A stretch of DNA of 55,283 bases from Corallochytrium limacisporum Hawaii (GCA_002811645.1 PDIP01000030.1:329236-384518); one strand, 5' to 3'. Numbered from the stretch's first letter, positions 10,230 through 22,623 are shown. Program-made: numbers and translations. Notes: generated by a model from the sequence alone, not told the origin.

Positions 10230-13007
10230 ATGCGTTTACTTACGGTGGTCGTAACTTTGTGCTTCTTTGGGCTCTTTGTGGATACAGCGCTCGCTGTATC
10301 CATCATCGGTGTCGATCTTGGTCTGGAATGGTTCAAGGTAGCCCTGGTGAAGCCCCGTGTCCCTGTTGAGATTGTTTTGAACGCAGAATCGAAGCGTAAA
10401 ACGCCTATGTTTGTCAGTTATGACAAGAACGAGTTGGCAGTTGGCTCTCCTGCTATGGTAGTCAGCCAGAAGAACCCGGGTAAGGCCTATGGGTTCTTCC
10501 TAGAGCTCCTCGGTCAGGATATGGACTCTGAGGTGGTGCAGGCCTATCAGGCGCGTTTTCCTCACCACACCATTGAGAAGGCTACCGGAGGCCACGGCGT
10601 TGTGTTCCGTCACGACGACGAACATGTCTTCAGCCCGGTCGATCTGCTGGCGCAGATCTTAGAATTCTCCCGGTCCATGGCCGAGGTCACGGCGGAGGAG
10701 CCGATCGGTGGTGCTGTGCTGGCAGTACCCCCATGGTTCACACCGACACAGCGCGTGGCAGTTCTCGAGGCTGCAGAGGTTGCCGGTTTGAAAGTTTTGG
10801 AGATCATGGACAGCAATGCAGCCGCTGCCCTTCAGTTCGGTGTCTTCAGTGGCATCGCCCCGCAGATTGAATCGGGTGAGGTCGAAAAAACCTACGCCTT
10901 CTATGACATGGGCGCCGGATCTACTACGGCGTCAGTCGTGCATTTCAGCCGCAAGAGCGAAACAGAAAAGGAGGTAATGGTGACCGTTGAATCTTCGGCC
11001 AGCGACGATGGGCTTGGAGGTTTCATGATTGATCTGCGCCTGCGGGATCTCCTCTCTGAAAAATTCATGGCCAAGGCAGAGAAGAAGGGCTGGAACCTGA
11101 AACAGCCTGTGTCTGAGAACCCGAAAGCTCTGGCCAAGTTGTTGAAGGAGGCCAATCGTGTGAAGACCATTCTTAGTGCAAACCAGGATACCCGTGCTCA
11201 GGTGGAGACTTTGCACGAGGGCGAGGATTTCGCCAGCAAGGTGAGCCGTGCCGAAATGGAGGAACTGGTGGAACCCACACTGCGGGAGCGTGTGCCTGCT
11301 GTGCTGCAGGAGGCGCTGGAGGGAGCTGGGTACTCAGAAATGTCCCAATTAGATGGCCTAATCATTGTCGGTGGGGGTACGCGTGTACCGAAGGTGCAGG
11401 AGTTGCTATTAGAGGCTAATGGCGGTCGGGAACTGGGAAAGAACATTAATGCTGACGAAGCCACGGCCATGGGTGCCTGTTTCCGTGGTGCTGAGCTGAG
11501 TAAGGCCTTTCTTGTGCGCAAGGTACACGTGAGACAGAAACTGAGCGACTCTGTCTACCGCAGCGAGAGTGCGACCAACTTGGAGGCAATTGGCAATGGG
11601 GGTGATCTCATAGCCAACGACGATGTCGTGGTGTTCCGTGCCTCTGAGGACTACCGCCCTGTGCGTCGTCGAATTTCGTTCAAGGACATCGATGGGTCTT
11701 CAAATGAGTTCGCCTTTGTGCTCTTCCGCGAGACCGAGGACGGTGGTAAGGCTCACGTTGCGGACATTACAGTTACCGGCTTGCACAAGGCTCGCGACAA
11801 CTTCCCTGATCTCAGCATCAGCGCTGTTAATGTTACTGTGGACATGGACAATGGAGGCTTTATCTCCATCGGCGATGTGGTTGCTGTTGTTGAGGGCGAG
11901 GAATCCTACCAGGTGCGCGTCAAGAAAACCGTGGACGACGAGCCTGCAGCTGAGGAACCTGAGGCTGCCACTGATGAAGAGGCTGGTGCGGATGGGGACG
12001 AAAAGGACGAAGGTGCGGCTACCGAGGACGGTGGTGCCCCTGATGCCGAGGAAACGACTGAAACCGCTGAAGAGAAGACCAAGAGCGAATATGTAATGGA
12101 GACTCGTACTCGTGAGGTCACACGCAAGGTCACTCTGAAGTCTCAGGTGAGCGGCCAGGCAAGCGTGTTGGGCGAGGACAAAGAGGAAGCAATTGCGCGT
12201 TTCGAAAAGATTAAGCAGGAGCAGAAGGAGCGCGTGGCAAACGAAGGCGCTCGCAATGCACTGGAAGCCTTCGGCTACGAAATTCAAGGTTCTGTTGAGG
12301 AAGACATGTTCGTGTCCTGCAGTACCGCCGACTTGCGCGATGAGATCAAGCAACTCGCGTCCTCTGCGCTGGACTGGCTCTACAGCGACACTGGTCTCTC
12401 GGCTAGCACATCTGAACTGCAAGAACGTCGCCAGGCGATCGTCGAGAAGGTGGAGCCGGTCAAGCGCCTGATCGCTGAACACTCCACTCGGCCCAAGGCT
12501 GTGGAACTGGTGAACCAGCTCATCACTATGGTCCGCGGGTGGGTCTCTGCAATGCAGGCCAAGGCTGAGGAAGAGAAGTACCATGTGGAGGAAGAGTTGC
12601 AAGGCTTGCTGGAGAAGGTGACGGAGGTGGAAGACTGGATGGCCGATGGACTCAAGGAACAGGAAGAGAAGGACCTGAGCGAGGAGCCTGTTTTGTCATT
12701 GAAGCAGTTCTCCTCCAGGATGCAGGAGTTGAAGTCCCTATGGGAGAAGCAAGAGAAGAAGAAGCCTCCAAAAAAGCCAAAGGTTACGCAGGAAACCCCC
12801 AAGGACGAGGAGAAAGCTCCTGAGGAACCGAATAGCGAGAATCCCGCTGATGAGCAGCCTGTGATGGACGGGGAAGATCCCAACATCCGCAAAGACTTTG
12901 ACGAAGACGCTGACATTCCGGACGACTTTGAGGAGGACACTCCCGATGACGAGGACAATGTCCGCGAAGGAGATCGAGCCCATTTGGACGACCATGATGA
13001 GCTCTAA
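10230..13007 (+). CDS. HYOU1: ER-luminal Hsp70-family nucleotide exchange factor HYOU1/GRP170/Lhs1
   Basis: Signal peptide, 'IIGVDLGLEWFKVALVKP', 'LNAESKRKTP', 'FYDMGAGST', 'VGGGTRVPKVQ', 'INADEA', acidic insertion and C-terminal HDEL. Confidence 0.96.
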   Translation: MRLLTVVVTLCFFGLFVDTALAVSIIGVDLGLEWFKVALVKPRVPVEIVLNAESKRKTPMFVSYDKNELAVGSPAMVVSQKNPGKAYGFFLELLGQDMDSEVVQAYQARFPHHTIEKATGGHGVVFRHDDEHVFSPVDLLAQILEFSRSMAEVTAEEPIGGAVLAVPPWFTPTQRVAVLEAAEVAGLKVLEIMDSNAAAALQFGVFSGIAPQIESGEVEKTYAFYDMGAGSTTASVVHFSRKSETEKEVMVTVESSASDDGLGGFMIDLRLRDLLSEKFMAKAEKKGWNLKQPVSENPKALAKLLKEANRVKTILSANQDTRAQVETLHEGEDFASKVSRAEMEELVEPTLRERVPAVLQEALEGAGYSEMSQLDGLIIVGGGTRVPKVQELLLEANGGRELGKNINADEATAMGACFRGAELSKAFLVRKVHVRQKLSDSVYRSESATNLEAIGNGGDLIANDDVVVFRASEDYRPVRRRISFKDIDGSSNEFAFVLFRETEDGGKAHVADITVTGLHKARDNFPDLSISAVNVTVDMDNGGFISIGDVVAVVEGEESYQVRVKKTVDDEPAAEEPEAATDEEAGADGDEKDEGAATEDGGAPDAEETTETAEEKTKSEYVMETRTREVTRKVTLKSQVSGQASVLGEDKEEAIARFEKIKQEQKERVANEGARNALEAFGYEIQGSVEEDMFVSCSTADLRDEIKQLASSALDWLYSDTGLSASTSELQERRQAIVEKVEPVKRLIAEHSTRPKAVELVNQLITMVRGWVSAMQAKAEEEKYHVEEELQGLLEKVTEVEDWMADGLKEQEEKDLSEEPVLSLKQFSSRMQELKSLWEKQEKKKPPKKPKVTQETPKDEEKAPEEPNSENPADEQPVMDGEDPNIRKDFDEDADIPDDFEEDTPDDEDNVREGDRAHLDDHDEL

Positions 13008-13932
13008 AGTCTTATTGGCAAAGGGCAGTATTTGTTGGAGATACAGGTCCTCAGGTGGCAATTTGGAAAGACCGGCTAGCACAGTCGCGTGGAATGCCTC
13101 TTACCACCCCCTGTCGTTCTTGCGCCCCATTGTGAAACCATGGGAAGACCTTGTTGTGTGCCGGTACTCCAACTATGACGTAAAGAACAAGAACAGAATC
13201 TTAGCATCGTTAGCAACATGACGTATTCAGCAAAAAGTACATCACAATATACGAGACACCTACGTACACACAGTACTTGAAATTGAGCGTTCCCTTCCAA
13301 ACTGCCTGCAACTGCGCCCGCGTTATCGCTGTCGTGCCCAACCAGGGTCTACGACCCTCAAACCCTCTTCTCCTTTTCCGTTTGTCCACCAGTAGCGGTC
13401 TCCACCGAGCGACTCACTGTTTGCGCCACACAGATGGCGGTGTTGCCCTATGGTTAAGGACATGTTTTGGTAACGAGGGTGGGTGCGCCGCACCTCAACA
13501 GCATCCAACCGTTCCGGACCCCGGCAAAGGGTCCTGATCACAAGAATCCCCCCATCCCGGGGCCTCCCTGGAACCGTTCTCCCCCCCCCACCCCCCGCCC
13601 TTCCAAACCCCTGCCGTTCCCAACCCTCCCGCTCCGTTCCGCCGCCCCGTCTCTGCCAACCGGCAAGAAACCGAGCCACTAAAGAATCCCTAAGGCGTCG
13701 AGGCCCGGAAAAGGCGAAAAAAAACCAAAAATTAGTGGGCCCCCAACCATGCCTTTCCACCATTGGTCCCTTCCACCGCTAGTGGCGGTATTTTTGGCCA
13801 ATCAGACCACCGGATGCGGTTGTTCGCTGTATGGAAACCAACCAAAAGGGAATGTTGGTGGGGGGGGGGAGGGGAGAAGGTGGGGAAGGGAAGGCAGGGG
13901 AACACACAGCCCGAACAAAGGAGAAAAAGAAG

Positions 13933-13934
13933 AG

Positions 13935-13984
<50 letters not shown>

Positions 13985-14069
13985 NNNNNNNNNNNNNNNN
14001 NNNNNNNNNNNNNNNNNNNNNNNNNNNNNNNNNNNNNNNNNNNNNNNNNNNNNNNNNNNNNNNNNNNAG

Positions 14070-14118
<49 letters not shown>

Positions 14119-14340
14119 GGAGGAAGGGGTACACTAACCAGCAAAAGGATGGGACCCTCAAGGACCCGCGGGGGTGGGTGGTGGTGAGAGGAAACCAACA
14201 AACGACCAGAGAGCAAGAGGAAAAAGTAAATCCACTAGAGAGAGAGACACAGACAGACAGAGAGAGACACAGAGAGAGAGACACAGAGAGAGAGACACAG
14301 AGAGAGAGACACAGAGAGAGAGACACAGAGAGAGAGAGAG
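13933..14340 (+). repeat. (GA)n microsatellite spanning an N-gap, followed by a compound (GA)n/CACA minisatellite
   Basis: GA runs flank the gap at 13985-14067. Repeated 'gagagagacaca' units at ~14240-14340. Confidence 0.9.
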
Positions 14341-16689
14341 GGAAGACGGACGGGTGAAGGAGAGAATCGAGACGCTGTGGCCATGAGTTCTTCATGATTC
14401 ATAGGTATGCAAATTATGCATTAGATCTATTTATATGTTGAATGAACTTGCAATTATCCAGGTCTGCCAATATCCTCACAGACACCACAAGCACAGTCTT
14501 TCTCACCGGACCCATTCCGTCGCGAGACTCCTAAAACATACTCTCTTCCGGGCCGACGGCTTATCAATGCCAACAAACGGTGGTTGCGATCCCGGTCAGT
14601 CCCTGTCAAATGATTTTAAAGCGCCATTACCCGCGACTGAATGCTCATACGCTCAGCACGAAAATCATTCACTCTCTGACAAGACCACGTGTCCAAAAAT
14701 GGCTTCACCAGGGCACAGTCTGCGGGCGCGGCAGAAGATTCCGTGCTATTCCAAACCCCCTCCCTTCCCCCTTCGCAACAAACTGGCTCCGTGTCCATGA
14801 TCTGTGCAACTGATAGAGAAAGTGTGCGGTTTTTTTCGATTCATTTTTGTAATGCCCCCGTTCTCGGTCTCGCTCATTCAGGTCATAGGATGCAGGCGCA
14901 CCGGCGAAAGTAGAGGAGGGGGACGAGAGCGCCCAGACAGCCCAACGGCAAGACAAAGCAGAAAATGCATAATGTATAACGAATGTACTGGATTTAGCCT
15001 GATACGGCAGGGCTATCTCGCGTTGGTACTGGTAATCACACTCTCGTGGTCTTCCGTCTCTTCCAAAACGACAGATAAAGGGACTGAAAGAAAATTTCTT
15101 CACTTGGTCCACATTGGCTTTTGGTTTCCAGTAGTTCTGTAGTAATAACCGGCCACCGCTTGCTGCAAGCGACCCACCCCGTTTGCTTGGTTATAGGAAA
15201 ATTGACAGTGTGGACCCACACTAGAGAAGGCCCACTCCCATTCTCCACCGCATTCGATAAATACCTCTACTACGCAAAAGAGGGGAGCGAGAGCGAGATA
15301 GAGAGAGAGAGAGAGAGACATAGGGAGAGAGAGAGAAAGATGAATAAGAATGGGGCCAAGGGAAATTTTCTCAGCTTTTTTCTTTCTTTCTTTCCGATTT
15401 CCCTTTGTACCTGCATTGCTCGTGGCCTCTCTTTTTCTCCCCCTCCCCCCCTTTTTTTTTCTTGGCCGTCCGGTCATGGTTCTAGCCAACCACCGGTCCG
15501 GAATGGGACGACGATTTCCTCGCAATAAATCTTTAAAAGAAATGACGAACACACCGACTGTGTGGTATCCAACAGAGCATATGGTCCAAAGGGGAGCCTA
15601 CGACACAAAACGCGCAAACCCAAACAACGCGCGGCTCCCGTTCCTTTTTTACGCACGAACGCGCGCGCAGCACACCGACAAAACCTCAACCGGGGAAACC
15701 GATTTATCCCATACATCCATCATACAAATGTCCAATACCTCGACCCCTTCCCTCCTCGCCCGATCGTCCCCCAGTGCGGGTCATGTTTCGTAGTCTTGCT
15801 AACCACCACCACCACCACCACTCCCACTCTAACCGGCTTGCCCTCAACGTCGGTGTTCTGTGCTTGCCGTGATTCCAGGCTGTTAACAAGGGGACCGATT
15901 GGAAGGAAATACTGCACCCATTCGTTCCATAGCACCCCTCCCCCCAACTGTCGTGCGTGCTAGCGGCGTTGACGGAAAAAAAAACTTGGCCACCCGCGCT
16001 ATTCTATTTTTTCCCCGTATTTCTCTACCTTTTTTTAAGTTTTGTTGGGAACCAACGAATTCCGGAAATCATGTCTGGTTCTTCTTGGAAACCAAAGGAA
16101 CGATAAAATATCCAAGGATTCACGGTACTCCAAATTAAGGAAAGGGAATGCTGCACTGTGCGGTCCTGCTTAAAATTAACTCTCGCTCTTTTGACGGTCG
16201 GTCGCTATCTGGAAACGTTGGTGGGGCGTATCTTTTAGTTTTTGGGAAGAATAAATAAAACAAAAAATAAAAGAAAAGGGGGAGAGGAGTTGCAGAGATT
16301 GGCGGTTGGCTGAGAAAGGTGTGAAGGCGCGCATGGCAGTGGGAAATGACGCCTGTGTATCAATAGCGTAGTCGAAGGCGGCAGAAACACAGGGTCCCGA
16401 TTTCGGAATGAAAATAAAAAAGAAAGAGGGAGAGGATGGAGGGGGGTGGGGTTAAAGAGAACAACAAAAAGAGAAACGGCGCCAGTGAGAAAAGCACGAA
16501 CGCGAGACCGGGCCTTCCGTTTCGCAGTTGATGAAATTCGAACCTCACCGGCGGCGCGGAGGTTACTTCCCTATATGTTTAGTATGGACACAATCGGTGT
16601 CGCGGACACCCAAAAAAGTGTTCTGTGTCTCGCGCCGCTTCTTCCCCCCCCCCCCTTCCTCTTCCCCGGGGTCTCCCTCCCAACCTAAG

Positions 16690-16884
16690 GTAACCTCTCT
16701 CCCTATCTTTTATTCTATCTCCCTTCCTCTCTTTCGCCTGGGGTGTATTGTTGACTCATCTGAACTCTCTCTCTCTCTCTCTCATCACTCCACAACGACG
16801 CACATTAAGCGCCACTGACTCCAACGACTACCCCCTTTTTTTTTTTTCTTTTTGTTTTATGTGGTGCTTCGTCTTTGGTTGCAG
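16690..16884 (+). other. Putative spliceosomal intron in the 5' UTR of the G-alpha gene
   Basis: AAG|GTAACC donor at 16690, branch-like CACTGAC at ~16813, long pyrimidine tract at ~16831-16860 and TTGCAG| acceptor at 16884, about 325 nt upstream of the ATG. Confidence 0.4.
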
Positions 16885-17210
16885 GGACTTTCGGAACCAA
16901 TTCCAGTCTCCGCATGTGACGGACAGCTTTCGTTTCTTGTAAACATGATCGTTGCTTCGGGTTACTGAAGGTAGAAGAAGTTTGAGTTCTACCATGCAGT
17001 GGAATCTGTTCCGGTATTCTGAACGTGTGTAGGCGAATCCGCGTCACAAAGTTTGGACTGAGTGTGTGACAGGGAATACTGGGCAACCTTTGAACAAGGT
17101 AACAACGGGCCCGAAAGACTATCCACAACTGTGTTTAAATCCCACAGAGGCGGAAACGGAGATAACTTAGCGTACGTACAGGGTTTCTGTTCAATCTTCG
17201 CGTCGTCAAT

Positions 17211-18275
17211 ATGGGCTGCTCTATGAGTGCAGAAGAAAAGGCGGCCCTTGAGAGGTCTAAGGCCATCGACCAGGAGCTGAAGGGTACCAAGCAGAAGCTC
17301 GAGAATGAAGTCAAGTTATTGCTTTTGGGTGCTGGTGAATCCGGTAAGTCCACCATTGTGAAGCAAATGAAGATTATCCACGAGTCTGGTTACTCTGACC
17401 AGGAGCGCAAGGGCTACAAGGATGTCGTGTACAGTAATACTATCAGCGCCATGCAGACCATTATTGAAGCCATGAGTAAGCTGAACATTGAATACGGAAG
17501 TACAGAAGCAAAGGATGCCTCCGATGAACTCATGACTTTTGGTGACCAACTTGACGACGATGTCTCCTTTACCGAGGAGGTTGCACCCTTGGTCCGCAAG
17601 CTGTGGGCTGACAAGGGCATCCAGGACTGCTACGGTCGTTCCCGTGAGTATCAGCTGATTGATTCTGCCAACTACTACTTTGAAAACCTGGACCGCATTG
17701 CCGATCCGGACTATGTGCCAACCGAGGAAGATATTCTGCGGTCCCGTGTGCGCACTACCGGTATTATCGAGACTCACTTTGACTACAAGGGTCTGCATTT
17801 CCGTATGTTTGATGTCGGTGGTCAGCGCAGTGAGCGTAAGAAGTGGATCCATTGCTTCGAGAATGTAACTGCCATCATCTTCTGTGTGGCCCTGAGCGCG
17901 TACGATCTGACACTCATTGAAGACGAGAGCCAGAACCGTATGCAGGAGTCTTTGCAACTCTTTGACTCTATTTGCAATTCCAAGTGGTTCGTGCGCACCA
18001 GCATCATTCTTTTCCTGAACAAGACTGATTTGTTCAAGAAGAAGATTGGCAAGATGCCCCTGACTGTGTGCTTCCCGGAGTACACCGGTGCCAACACATA
18101 CGAGAGTGCATCCACTTACATCCGCGATCGCTTTGAAAGCGTCAACAAATCCACACAGAAGGCCATCTACTCGCAGTTCACGTGTGCAACAGACACGAAC
18201 AACATCAAGTTCGTCTTTGCTGCTGTAACGGATATTATCATTCAAAACAACCTGCGGGACTGTGGTCTCATCTAA
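17211..18275 (+). CDS. GNAI: Heterotrimeric G protein alpha subunit, Gi/o class
   Basis: MGCxxS myristoylation/palmitoylation start, [28 protein letters not shown] and C-terminal DCGLI (Cys at -4, typical of Gi/o). Confidence 0.96.
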   Translation: MGCSMSAEEKAALERSKAIDQELKGTKQKLENEVKLLLLGAGESGKSTIVKQMKIIHESGYSDQERKGYKDVVYSNTISAMQTIIEAMSKLNIEYGSTEAKDASDELMTFGDQLDDDVSFTEEVAPLVRKLWADKGIQDCYGRSREYQLIDSANYYFENLDRIADPDYVPTEEDILRSRVRTTGIIETHFDYKGLHFRMFDVGGQRSERKKWIHCFENVTAIIFCVALSAYDLTLIEDESQNRMQESLQLFDSICNSKWFVRTSIILFLNKTDLFKKKIGKMPLTVCFPEYTGANTYESASTYIRDRFESVNKSTQKAIYSQFTCATDTNNIKFVFAAVTDIIIQNNLRDCGLI

Positions 18276-20084
18276 ACATTCTGAACACTTACCTGTGTTT
18301 TGTTAAGGCATCGGTCGAAGAGTTGTTCCTGCTGATTGTGTTAGGGAGGGAACATCCGAAGAGTTGAAACATTTTGGATGTATCATATCAGAAAACTTTG
18401 GGAGACTCACAAGAGCATGGCACATAGTATAGTATTGAATCTTTCCTTCGTTCGCTGGTCAGGTACATGCTATGATAATGCCTGAAGAAGACAAGAACCC
18501 CTTCAAGATGATTGGGACCGTTGAATTCTGCTCCTCATCAAATCCAGATGGCACAACTCCAAATACTCCCCAAGATGAACACTCTAATCGGACCATGCCC
18601 AAGTGAGAACACTGAACTTATTTTGACGTAAAATGAAATACATCATGAGGCTTTCTACTATCAAAGTGCATCTTCCTCGGACCATGTCCATCGGCAACCG
18701 GGCTCCAATCGAGTTAGTCAGAGCTCGTCTTTCTGCTGCTGATCCCTTTTTTCCCATCTGCACCAACAGAAGAACCCCATTTCCGTGCACTGCATATTGA
18801 GGTACACCCCGACTTTCAGTCATACATAACATACTTCCTTAAGTTCCGTATAGTATTCAAATCAATCCGCTGGGATGTGATAAGAAGCGCTCTGTGGGGC
18901 TTCCCCGTTCCCTCAATATAGACATCTGAGCTCTCAATGCTGGTGGCAAGTCACAATTTCAGCTCGACCCCAGTCGCCTCAATCATTTTCCCTGCCCGTA
19001 CTGAATGTACCATAGCCCGCGTGGCCTCGGTTGTCATGGGTAGCTTGCGGGGCCGTACTTTCACTATTCTGAGCAGCCGAGATCAGGGGTGGGTTAGGTT
19101 TTCTCCCTTCCATTCCCCCCCCCCCCTTCCCTTCCCAATCCACCAATGTTTCTTGGTGGTGTCGTCCCGGGTANNNNNNNNNNNNNNNNNNNNNNNNNNN
19201 NNNNNNNNNNNNNNNNNNNNNNNNNNNNNNNNNNNNNNNNNNNNNNCCCCCCCCCCCGGCTTCCGGCAGGAAGGAGAAAAACCCTCCCTTCTCCCGTTGT
19301 TCCAGTACTCCATCGATGGCGTGCTGTACTAAGCACAGGGCGAGTGCGCGTCCGAACGCAAAATCTTTGAACAAGAAAAAAATAGTGGGTGTGTTGAAGG
19401 TGTGGTAGATTGTAGCCCAGCTCACCCAAAGGCTACTGCGACCGAGACCTGGGAAGAGGGACAAGTGAGCAATCATCTGCGAAGCACTGAGGAAGCAGAC
19501 CCCCCGGGGGGGGGGGACATCGCAGAGATTGTCAGTGGCCAGTACCCACGTCACTAATTTGCTCACGTTTGTGAAGATCTGAAAAACATATCAATATATT
19601 TAGTATTACACATGGAAGACATAAATATATGCCCTACGGAAGAGCATTCGGGAACTAGCGAGCGAATGACCAGAATACTGAATCCGTCGTATCTTGCGTG
19701 GGTCCCCTTTTCAAATGGCATGCGCGTGTCCTCGACCGATTCAATGCCGAACGGAGTGTGTAAGAATCTGCTGTAGCGGTGCGCAGAAACAGATTCAGTG
19801 GTGGTAGCTGCGTTTAAGACATGGGTACATCATCCCGAAGTGCAAACTGACACCTTGTCTTTCTTGCTCCTGAATCGGATATCGTATTTCAGGGACAATG
19901 GACATGCCCCTCACAAGCAACCCACTTGGAATCAGATGAAGAAACTTATGCATGTTCATATGGCGGGAAAGCGCAAAAACATGGATTGAAAACAAAAACT
20001 GTAAGCATAACACCGAAAATTGGCAGTGTGGACATCTAATCAAGGTAGTAAACCTCGTCTGTACCCCTGTCACTCATCAGCACC

Positions 20085-21818
20085 ATGTCAGGCGCAGACC
20101 TTGGCTTATCGATGGGCCTTCCCGGTGTACCACCGGCACCGAGTTCACCTTGCCCGGCTAAAAGCACACCAAATGTAAGCAGTGACATTGAAACGAAAGA
20201 GAAGACTAGAAAAGAGAGCAATACGCTCAAAGCTCACATAGAGGCGGCATGGGCAAGCTCTGAACGCAGCTACGCGAGCCTCAGGGCGAGTCCCTCCGAG
20301 GTTTACATGGTCTTCATGACCAAGCTGCTGGGGTCATTTTCTTCTTTTCTGGTGTGGTACAATTTGACCTCCTTCCTGACTGAGGAATTCGGCTTCGATG
20401 ACGTTGCAGTAGGGTGGATTTTTGCGCTACTCGGTGTTGCTATGAGCCTTGGAGGGATCCTGCTCGGCAACTTTATCGACACGCACTCCGTCCACACCAG
20501 TTTGTGCATCGGTGCATTTTTCCAGGTGGTCAGTCGCGCGGCATTCTTATTTGCAAGGACATCCTTTACAGTTCTCTTCTCCCTGTTTCTCTTGCTGCCT
20601 TTGAGCGAGGGGTTCATGTGGCCAGTGCTGGCAGTGGCCATCCGTAGATACACGCCGCGACCGGCCCGTACGCTCAGTTACGGCATCTTTAGCGCGGCAA
20701 TGAACCTCGGTGCGGTGTTAGCAGGACTGTTGACTACTCTCTTCCTCACGCAATTTGGATGCCAGGATAATGGTGCAGCCATGGACGAGGCCGAAATAAT
20801 GGGCGATACCGGCGCACTTTGCCCCCCAGAGGACACCGGTGTTCAGATCGGTCACCTCCACCTCTCTGCGAGGCGCCTCATCTTCTTAGCCGCCACAGTG
20901 GCGTCGCTGCTGTACACTTGCTTCATGTTCATCGGCTTCCGAAACATTGAGGTCATGGGTGATTACAGTATCCGCCCATACCAGCCCAAGCAACGTCAAA
21001 TGGTGTCGTATACTAAGCGTGTGCTCAAGGAAAAGAATTTTTGGCGTTTGGGTGTGCTTGTGGCATGCCTCACCATGGTGCGTCTTATTTTCCGTCACTT
21101 GGATGCTACTTTCCCAAAGTATTTTAAGCGTGCATTCAAGTCGGAGGCGTGGGGTGCGGTTATCAGTGTGACTCCCGGTCTGGTCATTTTCCTGGCTCCG
21201 AGTGTGGCCCTGTTCACGAGCCACATGGACCACTATTACATTATTCTCGCTGGCGCCGTCGTGGGTGCCGGATCCGTATTCTTCCTGCTCCTGAATACAA
21301 TCCCTGCCACCGTGCTATTTGCCATTGCTCTGGCCATTTCCGAGGCCCTCTATGTACCCCGTCTGTTCGACTACGCAATGACGGTGACTCCAAAAGGTGA
21401 GGAAGGTCTATACTTGCAGCTCGCCAACATGCCCATGTTCCTAGCCAAGTTGGTGGTTGGCCCCATGGGGGGTTACCTTCTGGAAGCGTACTGCAGCCCT
21501 CGTCCTGACGACCCCACTGATTATTGTCCAGACCCGCAACGTATGTGGTTATACATTGGCTTGCTGTCGGCGACCGGTCCAATAGCCCTAGTCATCTTCA
21601 AGAGCTTCATCATGCCTCCAAATTACAAGGAAATGCTGTATGCCAAGGAAGACTGTTACGGAGATGCCCTAGACAGTTCAGCAACCCTTTCTATCTCTTC
21701 CAAGGCGGACCTGGCGGACAGTACGGAGGTAGTCGACGTTGCGTCCGAGCCCAGTGTCGGTACTACATCCTCTGACTCCGTTAATCAACCCAGCAAAGCA
21801 GAGGATATATACCAGTGA
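20085..21818 (+). CDS. Major facilitator superfamily transporter, substrate unknown
   Basis: 577 aa with ~12 hydrophobic segments in two bundles. MFS motif-A-like 'GNFIDTHSVH' and 'YGIFSAAMNLGAVLAG'. Confidence 0.85.
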   Translation: MSGADLGLSMGLPGVPPAPSSPCPAKSTPNVSSDIETKEKTRKESNTLKAHIEAAWASSERSYASLRASPSEVYMVFMTKLLGSFSSFLVWYNLTSFLTEEFGFDDVAVGWIFALLGVAMSLGGILLGNFIDTHSVHTSLCIGAFFQVVSRAAFLFARTSFTVLFSLFLLLPLSEGFMWPVLAVAIRRYTPRPARTLSYGIFSAAMNLGAVLAGLLTTLFLTQFGCQDNGAAMDEAEIMGDTGALCPPEDTGVQIGHLHLSARRLIFLAATVASLLYTCFMFIGFRNIEVMGDYSIRPYQPKQRQMVSYTKRVLKEKNFWRLGVLVACLTMVRLIFRHLDATFPKYFKRAFKSEAWGAVISVTPGLVIFLAPSVALFTSHMDHYYIILAGAVVGAGSVFFLLLNTIPATVLFAIALAISEALYVPRLFDYAMTVTPKGEEGLYLQLANMPMFLAKLVVGPMGGYLLEAYCSPRPDDPTDYCPDPQRMWLYIGLLSATGPIALVIFKSFIMPPNYKEMLYAKEDCYGDALDSSATLSISSKADLADSTEVVDVASEPSVGTTSSDSVNQPSKAEDIYQ

Positions 21819-21929
21819 GCATCAAGGAATGGTACACCTTGAAGTGACCAGGCAGTGGTCCTTGCGGAGCATCAGAAACAACGATCAGAATCAAAGTCCA
21901 TAGAATTTGGGTTATAGTAAGTCCATTGT

Positions 21930-21935
21930 AATAAA
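21930..21935 (+). promoter_or_regulatory. Candidate polyadenylation signal of the MFS gene
   Basis: AATAAA about 110 nt after the MFS stop, just before the edge of the riboswitch array. Confidence 0.35.
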
Positions 21936-21949
21936 AAAGGTAGTCTTAA

Positions 21950-22036
21950 GATTCAGCTCCCTCCGTAGGCGTTAACCTAATCAGGTTCAAAGAGTATTTC
22001 TCAGCTGTGCCAGAGACACAGCACCCCTGCTGATAC
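21950..22036 (-). promoter_or_regulatory. TPP riboswitch aptamer A6 (most distal)
   Basis: GUAUCAGCAGGGGUGCUGUGUCUCUGGCACAGCUGAGAAAUACUCUUUGAACCUGAUUAGGUUAACGCCUACGGAGGGAGCUGAAUC. Confidence 0.93.
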
Positions 22037-22166
22037 AAAGAGTAACCGAGGTAAGGAATCTAACTAAACTTCGGCCATTAAGAGTCTTGGACTTGATGCA
22101 CCTGAAAATCATAACCGATATGCTGCGCCAGGCTCAGCCACAGGTGACTATGGAGACGGGTCAAAG

Positions 22167-22255
22167 GATTCAGCTCCCTCCGTAGGCGTTAACCTAATCA
22201 GGTTCAAAGGGTGATTTCTCAGCTATGCCAAAAGACAGAGCACCCCCGCTGATAC
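22167..22255 (-). promoter_or_regulatory. TPP riboswitch aptamer A5 (most divergent)
   Basis: GUAUCAGCGGGGGUGCUCUGUCUUUUGGCAUAGCUGAGAAAUCACCCUUUGAACCUGAUUAGGUUAACGCCUACGGAGGGAGCUGAAUC. Contains the canonical CCCUUUGAACCUGA segment. Confidence 0.92.
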
Positions 22256-22365
22256 AAAGAATAACCCGAGGCAAACGATCTTAACCAGCCTTCAGCCACA
22301 GGTCTTGGACTTGACGCGCTGTAAGGCATATGATCTCTGCAAGGCGACAAAAAAGTCGATGAAAA

Positions 22366-22452
22366 GATTCAGCTCCCTCCGTAGGTGTTAACCTAATCAG
22401 GTTCAAAGAGTATTTCTCAGCTGTGCCAGAGACACAGCACCCCCGCTGATAC
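22366..22452 (-). promoter_or_regulatory. TPP riboswitch aptamer A4
   Basis: Identical to A1 over the 87-nt unit. Confidence 0.92.
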
Positions 22453-22552
22453 NNNNNNNNNNNNNNNNNNNNNNNNNNNNNNNNNNNNNNNNNNNNNNNN
22501 NNNNNNNNNNNNNNNNNNNNNNNNNNNNNNNNNNNNNNNNNNNNNNNNNNNN

Positions 22553-22623
22553 TAGGTGTTAACCTAATCAGGTTCAAAGAGTATTTCTCAGCTGTGCCAG
22601 AGACACAGCACCCCCGCTGATAC
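22553..22623 (-). promoter_or_regulatory. TPP riboswitch aptamer A3 (3' end lost in assembly gap; may be the same copy as A4)
   Basis: 71 nt identical to 22382-22452 on the other side of the 100-N gap. Confidence 0.7.

Noticed and set aside
13323-16942. Many 100-200 aa ORFs in low-complexity intergenic DNA
   Set aside because: They are translations of microsatellites, G/C runs and N-gaps (ERER, LSLS, X-runs).
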